Source: Hyphomicrobiaceae bacterium
Lineage (GTDB): Bacteria; Pseudomonadota; Alphaproteobacteria; Rhizobiales; Hyphomicrobiaceae
Length of the DNA: 64,000 nt
NCBI GenBank assembly: GCA_965250205.1
Contig: CBDFNK010000010.1
Location: 8,127 to 72,126, forward strand
Reading direction: 5' to 3'
The first letter of the stretch is position 1; each line of letters begins with the position of its first letter. Below, piece by piece: positions 20,870-29,809 of the stretch. The notes below the pieces were generated by a model, which had not been told where the DNA came from, did no database searches, and saw only the letters and a list, made by a program, of their open reading frames with translations. Made by a program: the position numbers and the translations under genes.

Positions 20870-22384
20870 ATGACTGATCAGCCCGCGAACAGCACCCAAC
20901 CCATAGCCCCCGTCCCAACGTCGGCCAGCCTCGGCTTTGCCCAGCACCCGCAAGGATTGCGCACGCTGTTTTTTGCCGAGCTTTGGGAACGGTTTTCCTA
21001 CTACGGCATGCGCGCGCTGCTGACCTTGTTCATGGTGGCGCCCATTGCCGGTGGTGGGCTCGACATGCCAGTAACGCAAGCCGCGCGCATCTACGGCAAC
21101 TACACAATGGCCGTCTATATGTTGGCGATCCCAGGCGGCTATCTGGCCGACAGTGTGTTTGGACCAAAGCGCGCCGTGATGATTGGCGGTTGGGTGATTG
21201 CGCTCGGGCACTTCACATTGGCAGCCCCCTATGAGCTGAGCTTTTACATTGGACTGATCTTGGTGGCGCTTGGCACCGGTCTGTTAAAACCCAGCATCAG
21301 TGCTCTTGTTGGTGCGCTCTACAGCAAAGATGATGGCCGCCGTGATGCCGGATTTTCGCTTTTCTATATGGGCATCAACATCGGCGCATTTATAGCGCCG
21401 TTAGTGACCGGCTTTCTGGCCCAAAGCGACACCTTTAAGACGTGGCTCTCCGCTAACGGGTTTGACCCGACCCACAGTTGGCATTGGGGCTTTGGCGCTG
21501 CAGGCGTTGGTATGGTCCTGGGTTTATTCGTCTTCATGCGCAATGCACGTGTGTTGCCCGACCAAGATGACAACAACCCCCTGCCAGAACAGTTCTGGCG
21601 CAACGCCGTTCTCGTCATCGCGGGTACGGGCCTGTTGATGGGCTTGCTCATTCTTTCCGACAGCGCTGGCTGGACGTGGTTACGTTATTTGATCATCGCC
21701 CTTCCCGTCACGGCTGCGGTTCTATTTGGGTTTTCGAAAGATGGCGACTTCAAAAAGGTTAGCGCCGTCTTTGTTTTGTTTATCGCCGCCATGGTGTTCT
21801 GGTCGATCTTTGAACAAACGGGGCTCTCGATTGCGCTGTTTGCTGACAAGCTGACGGACAATGATATGATGGGGTATTCAATTCCCTCGTCTTGGTATCA
21901 ATCGTTAAATTCGCTGTTTGTGATTACCCTGGCGCCGTTGTTTGCGCTTGCCTGGCTGAAGCTTGGGCACCGCCAACCCTCAAGCCCGGTCAAGTTTTCC
22001 ATCGGGCTCGTCTTCCTTGCGCTTTCGTTTGTTTTGATGATCCCAGCCGCCTACCTCACAGCGGCGGGCAAAGTCAGCCCCCTGTGGTTGGTGGGTCTGT
22101 TCTTTCTTCAAACAGTGGGGGAATTGTTCTTAAGCCCGGTTGGGCTGTCGACAATGACCAAGCTGGCTCCCGCTCGTATCACCGGTTTGGTTCTCGGTAT
22201 TTGGTTCCTGGCAACCGCCTTTGGCAACAAATTGGCAGGCGTCCTGGGGCGTAATTTTGATGCCACCGATCCTGATGCCCTGGTCCAGTTCTTCACCGAA
22301 CAAGCCCTCATGGTTTTGGTTTGCGCCTCGATATTGTTCGCCTTGAGCCCATGGGTAAAACGGTTAATGGGCGATATTCACTAA
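20870..22384 (+). CDS. proton-dependent oligopeptide transporter (POT/PTR2, DtpT-like)
   Basis: ATG at 20870. Contains FAELWERFSYYGMRALL, the GGYLADSVFG motif and about 14 TM segments. Confidence 0.9.
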   Translation: MTDQPANSTQPIAPVPTSASLGFAQHPQGLRTLFFAELWERFSYYGMRALLTLFMVAPIAGGGLDMPVTQAARIYGNYTMAVYMLAIPGGYLADSVFGPKRAVMIGGWVIALGHFTLAAPYELSFYIGLILVALGTGLLKPSISALVGALYSKDDGRRDAGFSLFYMGINIGAFIAPLVTGFLAQSDTFKTWLSANGFDPTHSWHWGFGAAGVGMVLGLFVFMRNARVLPDQDDNNPLPEQFWRNAVLVIAGTGLLMGLLILSDSAGWTWLRYLIIALPVTAAVLFGFSKDGDFKKVSAVFVLFIAAMVFWSIFEQTGLSIALFADKLTDNDMMGYSIPSSWYQSLNSLFVITLAPLFALAWLKLGHRQPSSPVKFSIGLVFLALSFVLMIPAAYLTAAGKVSPLWLVGLFFLQTVGELFLSPVGLSTMTKLAPARITGLVLGIWFLATAFGNKLAGVLGRNFDATDPDALVQFFTEQALMVLVCASILFALSPWVKRLMGDIH

Positions 22385-22571
22385 CCATATCAGCTCTTTC
22401 CCATCACAGAGCATTGTTTGGCGACGGCTTCGTAACACCTACTATTCATACTGTATTCATGGGCCCTAAGCTGTTAGAATTAGAACTTAAAGCCCGAGTT
22501 TATTGAACCTTTTTTGACTCCGCAGCGACACACAATATGTGATCGCCTTAGCCCCATTGGAGCCTTGATCA

Positions 22572-23555
22572 ATGAAAGCTATGCTCAAACTGTTTCAACT
22601 CCCGCTTCTCGCTGCTGCCCTGATATCGCCATCCTCACCATCTGCCTACGCCGCTTCAGGTGATACCATTGGCGAGGCCATTGAAGTCATCAATCTGGTC
22701 ACGGCGGATTATTCTCGCGACACCCGCACACTGCAACCTGGCGATGACGTGCGCCAGGACGAAAAGATTGCCGTTGGCAGCGATGGACGCAGCGAATTGC
22801 AATTTGCTGACCAAACCAAGATCGCACTTGGCCCGGGCTCAGAAATGCTGCTCGATAAATTCGTCTATGACTCGGACAAAAATTCCGGCTCGATTGTGAT
22901 GGACTTAGTGTCCGGCACGTTGCGCTTCATTACAGGTATTGCGCAAAAGCCGACCTATGTCATTCGCACGCCGAATGCCTCGATCACCGTGCGCGGCACA
23001 ATCTTTGATGTCTATACGCCGCCCAAAGGTGGTCCGACCTATCTGTTGCTGCACGAAGGTCGTGTCAAGGTTTGTAGCAGGAAGAAAAGGTCGTGTCGCA
23101 ATAACAACAAGCCAGGACGTCTGGTTCGGATCTCGAAAAACGGCAAGATCGATAATCCAACGGTTTGGTCTGTTTTGGACGACAAGGACGGCATCCCGTT
23201 TGACCTAGCCTTCCCGTTTGTCATCAACCCACCGTTGATTGACCCCTCGCCTATCTTCACCAAGGAAGAGATTGTAAACGCAGCCTTGCCGAAGAAGTTC
23301 AAGCCAAAGAAAAAATACAAAAAGAAAGCAAAGAAAAAGAAAGCGAAGAAAAAGCAATACAAGAAGAAAAAAGTCACCAAGAAAAGAACAAGGACGAAGA
23401 AAAAGTACGTAAAAAAGAAAAAGAAAAAGAAAACCAAATCGGCGAACAATAATACCGGAAAGATTTTAGGTGCTGCTGCTGGGATCGCCATCGGCATCGC
23501 CATCAGCAAAGGCAACAAGAAAGGCGGCGGCCACAAGCGTCCCCATGACTATTAG
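22572..23555 (+). CDS. FecR-domain protein with signal peptide, ~70-aa poly-Lys segment and C-terminal hydrophobic segment
   Basis: Signal peptide MKAMLKLFQLPLLAAALISPSSPSAYA. A FecR-like core runs ...LQPGDDVRQDEKIAVGSDGRSELQFADQTKIALGPGSEM...TVRGTIFDV. The tail is KKFKPKKKYKKKAKKKKAKKKQYKKKKVTKKRTRTKKKYVKKKKKKKTK followed by ILGAAAGIAIGIAI. Confidence 0.8.
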   Translation: MKAMLKLFQLPLLAAALISPSSPSAYAASGDTIGEAIEVINLVTADYSRDTRTLQPGDDVRQDEKIAVGSDGRSELQFADQTKIALGPGSEMLLDKFVYDSDKNSGSIVMDLVSGTLRFITGIAQKPTYVIRTPNASITVRGTIFDVYTPPKGGPTYLLLHEGRVKVCSRKKRSCRNNNKPGRLVRISKNGKIDNPTVWSVLDDKDGIPFDLAFPFVINPPLIDPSPIFTKEEIVNAALPKKFKPKKKYKKKAKKKKAKKKQYKKKKVTKKRTRTKKKYVKKKKKKKTKSANNNTGKILGAAAGIAIGIAISKGNKKGGGHKRPHDY

Positions 23556-23613
23556 GTGGCACGCCACACCTAAAATCAATACCGCCCGCAGCATCACAAC
23601 TGCGGGCCGTTTG

Positions 23614-25806
23614 TTATTGTGCAGCACGTTTCAACGCGGTGATCTCAGCCTCATAGTGGGCATAGAGGGCGTCAAGCCCAGGCCAGTTGATGTCTTTGCA
23701 GGTTTTGAAGTGCGTTTGCGCGCTAGTAAGATCTTTGCGGTCTAACGCCTGCAACAAAGCGGCTTGATGCTTCGCCAAATCCTGGAATGCACTGCGCCTT
23801 TTCATAGCTTCATCACCCAGTAAGGCAAACACGGACTGTAGATTGTCTTTGCCCTTCAGCTTAATCGCACCAATCGGCAAGAACGCAAACCCTTCCACCA
23901 ATTCTGCCGTGCGCACACCGACAATAATTGGAACACCATAGCCCTTGGTCTCGCTTTCCAGGCGCGAGGCTGTATTGACCGGATCTCCCAGTAAGGAATA
24001 ATCAAATCGCTGTGGCGAACCGACATTTCCCACACAGCAATCGCCTGTGTTGAGCCCGATGCCAATTCGCACGGGATGAAATGGTTCGCCGTTCGCTTCT
24101 GCCTCTTTGCGCCATGCCACATTCAGACGACCTAATTCGTCAATCATTCTGAGCGCTGTGACACAGGCTTGGCGTGCATGGGCGTCATCAAGCACCGGCG
24201 CATTCCAAAACGCCATTACTGCATCGCCCATAAACTTATCAATCGTACCGCGCTCTTGCAGAATAATGTCCGACAGCGGCGTGAACAGTGCATTGACAAA
24301 TTGAATGAGGTCTTCGGCATCAAGGCGCTCAGAGATTTTAGAAAAGCCACGCACATCTGAAAACAACAGTGTGACTTCGCGCATCTCACCGCCAAGTTTC
24401 AGCTTGTCGTGGTTCTCGGCCAATTCCTCAACCAGCTGCGGCGCAACGTAGTGGCCAAAGGCCGAGCGCACGCGATTTTTGTCGGCTTCGGATTTGACAT
24501 AACTGAACAGCGAACCCGCCAAATAAACCGCGAGCACCGACAGGCTCGGATAAACCGGATCAAACAACACACCTGAGTTAGCGTAGGCTGTCCATGATAG
24601 CCCAGCGATGGCCAAAAGGGCGCCGGTGCCAATAAGAGCGGCTGTCAGTGGGCCATAGCGACGTATGAGCCATGCCACCAACAGACCCACCAAAGCCAAA
24701 AAGCTCAATTCAAGTCCCGTTGCATAGGCGGGTCGGCGCAAATAAGAGCCGTCCAACATTTGCTCCAAGGCTTGTGCGTGGATTTCAACACCCGGCACAG
24801 ACGCTTCAAGCGGTGTTGCCCGCAAATCCATCAAGCCGGTTGCACTCGACCCAATGAAGATCAACCGGTCTTTGACATCACCTGGAGCGTGCGAACCGGA
24901 CAAAATCGTATGTGCTGGAATATAGCGCTTCGGATCAGAGCGTGAAAACCGCAACCACAGCTCACCATTACCTTTGGTTTCAAGAATGGTTGGGCCGACT
25001 TTGATCTGCTCGACACCGGTTTTTTGACCGAATGCTGAAACACCACTCCCACCGGAGGACTTGATGGCAACAGTAGAGTGGCCACCTGCAACTCTGAGCG
25101 CCTCAAGGGCGAGTGCTGGATAGAGCGTTTCTCCTAACATTACCAAGGTCGGTACAGAGCGCACCACTTGGTCATGGGCAGGTAGCCAATTGACAGCGCC
25201 AAGACCTGCCGCCTCTTTTACAAGAACGGTAAGCAGCGGTGTTGCATTTGCAAACCCCGGTACAAACAATTTTGGATCATCACCCGCTGCAACAAAGCTC
25301 GCTTTTGGCTTTTGAGTGACAGGCTTACCAACACCGAGGCCTGACACGCCAAGGACAACAGGCGCACCATTTAAGACCGCGCCCAAGCGTTGGTCATTTG
25401 ACGGCAACGCACGCGCCTTTGCAGTCAATGGCGCTAGCTCGCTTTGCTCTGCAAACAACTCCGCAAAAGCCGATGGTGACAGCCGATCTGGTTCCGCCAA
25501 AATCAAATCCAGCGCCACAACCTTGGCACCATCGGATTTGAGACGCGTGATGATCTCAGCCATCTTGGTGCGCGGCCACGGCCACTGACCAACCTTGGCA
25601 AGAGACGCCTCATCAATATCAACAATGCGCACGCGATAGGCGGGGTCAACCGTGCGTGGCGCAAGGCGTTGATAGCTATCAAACACCACGAAGCGCAATC
25701 CGGCAATGGCCTGCGGGTCCCATATCCGAAACAGCAAGGCGGCGGCCAGAATGGCACCCATCACGATGAGATGGGGCGGCGGCAGTTGGCGGAAAAGCCT
25801 TTGCAT
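23614..25806 (-). CDS. CHASE2 sensor domain adenylate/guanylate cyclase
   Basis: There is an N-terminal TM segment, a CHASE2-like periplasmic region, three TM segments, and a class III cyclase domain (VTLLFSDVRGFS...GDAVMAFW...IGLNTGDCCVGNVGS). Confidence 0.92.
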   Translation of the reverse strand: MQRLFRQLPPPHLIVMGAILAAALLFRIWDPQAIAGLRFVVFDSYQRLAPRTVDPAYRVRIVDIDEASLAKVGQWPWPRTKMAEIITRLKSDGAKVVALDLILAEPDRLSPSAFAELFAEQSELAPLTAKARALPSNDQRLGAVLNGAPVVLGVSGLGVGKPVTQKPKASFVAAGDDPKLFVPGFANATPLLTVLVKEAAGLGAVNWLPAHDQVVRSVPTLVMLGETLYPALALEALRVAGGHSTVAIKSSGGSGVSAFGQKTGVEQIKVGPTILETKGNGELWLRFSRSDPKRYIPAHTILSGSHAPGDVKDRLIFIGSSATGLMDLRATPLEASVPGVEIHAQALEQMLDGSYLRRPAYATGLELSFLALVGLLVAWLIRRYGPLTAALIGTGALLAIAGLSWTAYANSGVLFDPVYPSLSVLAVYLAGSLFSYVKSEADKNRVRSAFGHYVAPQLVEELAENHDKLKLGGEMREVTLLFSDVRGFSKISERLDAEDLIQFVNALFTPLSDIILQERGTIDKFMGDAVMAFWNAPVLDDAHARQACVTALRMIDELGRLNVAWRKEAEANGEPFHPVRIGIGLNTGDCCVGNVGSPQRFDYSLLGDPVNTASRLESETKGYGVPIIVGVRTAELVEGFAFLPIGAIKLKGKDNLQSVFALLGDEAMKRRSAFQDLAKHQAALLQALDRKDLTSAQTHFKTCKDINWPGLDALYAHYEAEITALKRAAQ

Positions 25807-25966
25807 CGCGGTCAGATCCCTAGTTCACAAGATCCCTCTCAATGCCAAATCGATGAGAGGCGGATACAGTGATCTATACCAAAGTGTCGAAGCGAGGTAA
25901 CCGCGATTGACGGGTTGCAGGGACTGCTCGCCTACGGCTCGTCAGGGGTGTCGACACCGCAACCAA

Positions 25967-26135
25967 CTGCGGTAGGCGGAGCCGTCGCAAGAATAACTGG
26001 CTGCGGTAGGCGGAGCCGTCGCAAAAATAACTGGCTGCGGTAGGCGGAGCCGTCGCAAGAATAACTGACTGCGGTAGGCGGAACCGTCGCAAGATAACTG
26101 GCTGCGGTAGGCGGAGCCGTCGCAAGAATAACTGG
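25967..26135. repeat. five tandem 33/34-bp units abutting the 3' end of tRNA-Gln
   Basis: Units CTGCGGTAGGCGGAGCCGTCGCAAGAATAACTGG lie at 25967, 26001, 26035, 26069 and 26102. The last three nt of the array are the tRNA CCA on the minus strand. Confidence 0.9.
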
Positions 26136-26207
26136 CTGGGGTGGGAGGGTTCGAACCTCCGCATGCCGATACCAAAAACCGGTGCCTTACCACTTGGCTA
26201 CACCCCA
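26133..26207 (-). tRNA. tRNA-Gln (anticodon UUG), CCA encoded
   Basis: The minus strand reads TGGGGTGTAGCCAAGTGGTAAGGCACCGGTTTTTGGTATCGGCATGCGGAGGTTCGAACCCTCCCACCCCAGCCA. The cloverleaf folds, with anticodon loop TTTTGGT, and it closely resembles E. coli tRNA-Gln. Confidence 0.96.
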
Positions 26208-26220
26208 TCAGGTAAAGGGT

Positions 26221-26248
26221 CTTCTACAGGGTTTTGGCGGGGTATCAA
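26221..26248 (-). promoter_or_regulatory. candidate promoter for tRNA-Gln
   Basis: On the minus strand, TTGATA-N16-TAGAAG ends 13 nt before the mature 5' end. This is based on motif resemblance only. Confidence 0.3.
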
Positions 26249-26489
26249 GTGCCTTTGACGGGGTGTCGCGGGGGAACCCGCACATGGAATACGACACCAC
26301 TCAGCCAGGACTGCTCCCGACCAGTATGTGAGGACCCAAATTGAAGACCGCGGGCACACCGCACTTTTTCTGACTCAACCCTCACTTGGGCACATCATTA
26401 TTTGATTTCTCTCATATGCACCAGGTCCAGCCAGGGTTCAACTCGCGCCTAAGACCTTTGTGCTTTGCACAGCGCTGCGTTTGCAGATT

Positions 26490-27182
26490 TCATTTTTTTA
26501 CAAGCTGCTTCAACTCTTTTTTATAACTTGTCACGGCCTCAATGCCCTTAGGCGAGAGACCATAGATACCGGTCGCGACCCGCTCGAACCATCCATAGTG
26601 ATCATCCGCCATGAGACGACGCGCGTTTGTTACATCACACTCTGCTGCAACATGAGACGCTTTCGTCGGACCATTGGTCTGCAAAAATTGCACACACCTC
26701 AGCGCATCCTGACGATACGCCGTCATCACTTCGCGCCGGGTTGAGCCACCCGTATTTGGATCACCAACACGCTTGGCAAACTCTCGTAAGAGGCGTGCGC
26801 GCTTTGGTTTGGATATGCGCGGACGGTATGGCGCAGGATCGTTGTGGACTTCGACGAGGCCGTCTTTGAGCCGCACAGTCATGAGCCCGAGCCCCAAGCG
26901 CTTACAAAGACTAAGATTACTCTTCAATGCTTTCTGGAAAGCTTGGCCGGTGCCCCGCGGAACCGCAATATATACAGTTTCGGTTAGCGCCTGGCGGGCT
27001 ATGGCCTGATGAAAAAGGGACAATGAGAAACCGGTTTTCATTTCCACAATAACAGGGGCTTCTTCGGCGCGACATGCCACAATATCCGCCGACCCGATCT
27101 CACTCTTGACCGTGTAACCCTGGCCATCAAGCAGCTGCTTGATCGGCGCATAAAGTTCTGTTTCTTTCACCACCTTGACCAT
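26490..27182 (-). CDS. DUF2161 family protein (endonuclease-like fold, conserved in alphaproteobacteria)
   Basis: ATG at 27182 gives MVKVVKETELYAPIKQLLDGQGYTVKSEIGSADIVA...VIVEMKTGFSLSLFHQAIARQ...YRQDALRC...HYGWFERV. The ORF extension to 27395 would overlap the divergent transporter gene. Confidence 0.8.
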   Translation of the reverse strand: MVKVVKETELYAPIKQLLDGQGYTVKSEIGSADIVACRAEEAPVIVEMKTGFSLSLFHQAIARQALTETVYIAVPRGTGQAFQKALKSNLSLCKRLGLGLMTVRLKDGLVEVHNDPAPYRPRISKPKRARLLREFAKRVGDPNTGGSTRREVMTAYRQDALRCVQFLQTNGPTKASHVAAECDVTNARRLMADDHYGWFERVATGIYGLSPKGIEAVTSYKKELKQLVKK

Positions 27183-27379
27183 GATCGGTCCTGAATAGCG
27201 CACCGAATCATAGCTTGCCAAGCCATGCAGAATAGACTGACGAGCGCTCTTGCCATACCACTCGTAGACGTCGGATTCGACGGTTCGCCATTGCGGCCGA
27301 ACCTGATAGATAGAGCGCGAGGGTGTTGGCCGGTGTCGGCAGCACAGTAGCGGCGGTCTGAGGGGAGCGCGCACAAGCC

Positions 27380-28861
27380 ATGAAAGACGCACCACCGACG
27401 ACCGCGGACACGACCAAATCGCGCTGGCACCTGCTCGCCATCATAGCAGGACCTCTTACTGCATTGGTGCTTCTCTTGGTGCCGCCCCCAGGTGGTTTAT
27501 CGGTGCCTGCCTGGAACGTTGTTGCCATTACGTTATGGATTATCATTTGGTGGCTCACCGAAGCCATTCCCATTCCGGCAACAGCCCTTATTCCAATCCC
27601 GTTTTTCCCAGCGCTTGGCGTTGGCAGTCTGAAATCGATTGCCGCCAGCTATGCCCACCCGCTACTGTTGATGTTTCTCGGTGGCTTTATGCTCGCCGCT
27701 GCCATGCAGCGCTCAGGCCTGCATCGGCGCATCGCACTCAACATCATCAATGTGGTTGGTACCAGTCCAGCCATGATCATCGCAGGCTTCATGTTGGCAA
27801 CCGCATTCCTGTCGATGTGGATTTCCAACACCGCAACAACAATCATGATGTTCGCTGTTGCGTTGCCGGTAATCCAATTACACAAGGAAACCGCAATCGA
27901 GGGGCCTCTGCTGCGTAACTTCAGTGTCGCACTGATGTTGGGTATTGCTTATTCCGCATCCATTGGTGGCGTTGGTACACCCATTGGAACACCCCCCAAC
28001 GCCTTGCTCGCTTCCATACTGCAAGACAGCTACAACATCGAAGTAAATTTCGTGACTTGGATGGCAATAGGCGTGCCTGTCATTGTTGTGATGCTGCCCG
28101 TGACTTGGGTTGTGCTCACTAGGTTTCTTTATCCTGTGGATGGAACCAACGCGTCATCGGGTGGCACAACGATCACGTCTGCACTTTCAGAACTGGGTGC
28201 CATGCGCCGCAATGAAAAAATGGTGTTCGGTATTTTTCTGCTCGCCGCATTTGGCTGGGTTTTCGGCAAAGCGATTGCAAAATCTTTTGGTGTGCCGTTT
28301 AGTGATACAGCCGTTGCTATCATTGCGGCTCTGTTACTGTTCGCCCTGCCACACCGCCTCAACAAGCCAGAGTTTTTGCTCGATTGGGAGAGTACCCGTG
28401 ACATCCCATGGGGCGTGCTGCTGATGCTTGGTGGCGGACTTGCAATTGCCGCAGCGTTTAATTCCAGCGGGTTGGCCCAAGCCATAGGTGGATCAGTGTC
28501 AGGCTTAAGCCAGTACAGCCTCTGGATACTTGTACTATCTGCCACCGCATTGATTGTGTTTATTACCGAGATCACATCTAATACAGCATCGACGGCAACG
28601 TTTCTTCCCATCCTTGGTGCCATAGCGGTGGGCATGGGCTATGATCCCAGATCGTTGATGATCCCGGTCACCCTTGGTGCTTCAATGGCATTTATGATGC
28701 CGGTCGCAACTGCACCCAACGCCATTGTTTTTTCCCATGAGGATGTCCACATCACCGATATGGTACGCACCGGCATATGGCTCAACATCATCTCAATTGC
28801 AGTCTGTTTTAGCGCCGGTTATTGGATAGCAAGTTCCGTGTTCGGCCTGTCCCTCAATTAA
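27380..28861 (+). CDS. SLC13/DASS family anion:sodium symporter
   Basis: Polytopic protein. It has two hairpin-type motifs, ISNTATTIMM and TSNTASTATFLPI, characteristic of DASS permeases. Confidence 0.9.
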   Translation: MKDAPPTTADTTKSRWHLLAIIAGPLTALVLLLVPPPGGLSVPAWNVVAITLWIIIWWLTEAIPIPATALIPIPFFPALGVGSLKSIAASYAHPLLLMFLGGFMLAAAMQRSGLHRRIALNIINVVGTSPAMIIAGFMLATAFLSMWISNTATTIMMFAVALPVIQLHKETAIEGPLLRNFSVALMLGIAYSASIGGVGTPIGTPPNALLASILQDSYNIEVNFVTWMAIGVPVIVVMLPVTWVVLTRFLYPVDGTNASSGGTTITSALSELGAMRRNEKMVFGIFLLAAFGWVFGKAIAKSFGVPFSDTAVAIIAALLLFALPHRLNKPEFLLDWESTRDIPWGVLLMLGGGLAIAAAFNSSGLAQAIGGSVSGLSQYSLWILVLSATALIVFITEITSNTASTATFLPILGAIAVGMGYDPRSLMIPVTLGASMAFMMPVATAPNAIVFSHEDVHITDMVRTGIWLNIISIAVCFSAGYWIASSVFGLSLN

Positions 28862-28900
28862 GAAACGCACTTAGACTTTCAACATAGGCAATGTCTCACG

Positions 28901-29809
28901 ATGGCCAGCACGCTCACTTTTAAAAAGGATATGGCCTTCACTTATGGTGAGCCAAGCGACATGGTGCCAGGCGTCAGGCGTATTGTTGCCAACAACGGTG
29001 GTCCGTTGACGTTTCACGGTACCAACACCTATCTGGTTGGCACGAACGCACTTGCCGTTATTGATCCAGGCCCTGATGATGCCGCCCATCGCGACGCGAT
29101 AGAGCGTGCGGCTGCTGGCAAACCCATCACGCATATTTTCATCACGCATCGCCACCGCGATCACGTTGACGGCACGTTGGCGCTGAAGATGGTAACAGGT
29201 GCTAAAACCTGCGCTTTTGATGGCCGACGTTCGCTGCGCGGCATGGCGGTCAACACACCCACCGGTCGCTCATTTATCGATCTAGATTTTGTTCCCGATC
29301 AGGACATCAAAAATGGCGATGTGATTGAGGGAGAAGACTGGCAACTGAAAGCGGTGCACACGCCAGGGCATGCACCTGACCATCTGTGTTTTGCGCTCGA
29401 GGCCGAGAATATCCTATTCTCTGGCGACCACGTCATGTCTTGGAACACGTCTGTTATTGCCCCACCCGAAGGCAGCATGGCGGAATATGTGACTTCTTTA
29501 GAAAAATTATTAGAGCGCACTGATGCATTGTTTCTGCCGGGACATGGCGGCAGACTTGAAAACCCTCGTCGTGTGGTACGAGCTTATCTACTGCATCGCA
29601 AGTTGCGCGAGCAAGCCATCCTCGATGCCATACGAAACGGCAACTCAACCATCAAAAGCCTGGCATCGGAGATATATAGCGGGGTACCTCAATCTGTCGC
29701 TGGCGCCGCCGCCCTCTCCGTTCTTGCGCACGTCGAGCTTTTGCACGCGCGCGGCCTCGTGACCTGCGCGCCGAAACTCGCGCTCGACGCCGAGATTTAT
29801 CCGGTTTAG
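28901..29809 (+). CDS. MBL-fold metallo-hydrolase
   Basis: Contains GTNTYLVG, the ITHRHRDHVDG motif (HxHxDH) and HTPGHAPDH. Confidence 0.9.
   Translation: MASTLTFKKDMAFTYGEPSDMVPGVRRIVANNGGPLTFHGTNTYLVGTNALAVIDPGPDDAAHRDAIERAAAGKPITHIFITHRHRDHVDGTLALKMVTGAKTCAFDGRRSLRGMAVNTPTGRSFIDLDFVPDQDIKNGDVIEGEDWQLKAVHTPGHAPDHLCFALEAENILFSGDHVMSWNTSVIAPPEGSMAEYVTSLEKLLERTDALFLPGHGGRLENPRRVVRAYLLHRKLREQAILDAIRNGNSTIKSLASEIYSGVPQSVAGAAALSVLAHVELLHARGLVTCAPKLALDAEIYPV

Noticed and set aside
25807-26489. Genomic island or integrase next to tRNA-Gln
   Set aside because: No integrase, recombinase or phage-like ORF lies on either side. The neighbours are a CHASE2 cyclase and a conserved DUF2161 gene. Only the tandem repeat itself is reported.
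27183-27395. N-terminal 71-aa extension of the DUF2161 ORF
   Set aside because: The extension has no family similarity and would overlap the divergent SLC13 transporter gene start. The family-typical N-terminus (M..ETELY.PIK) begins at the ATG at 27182.
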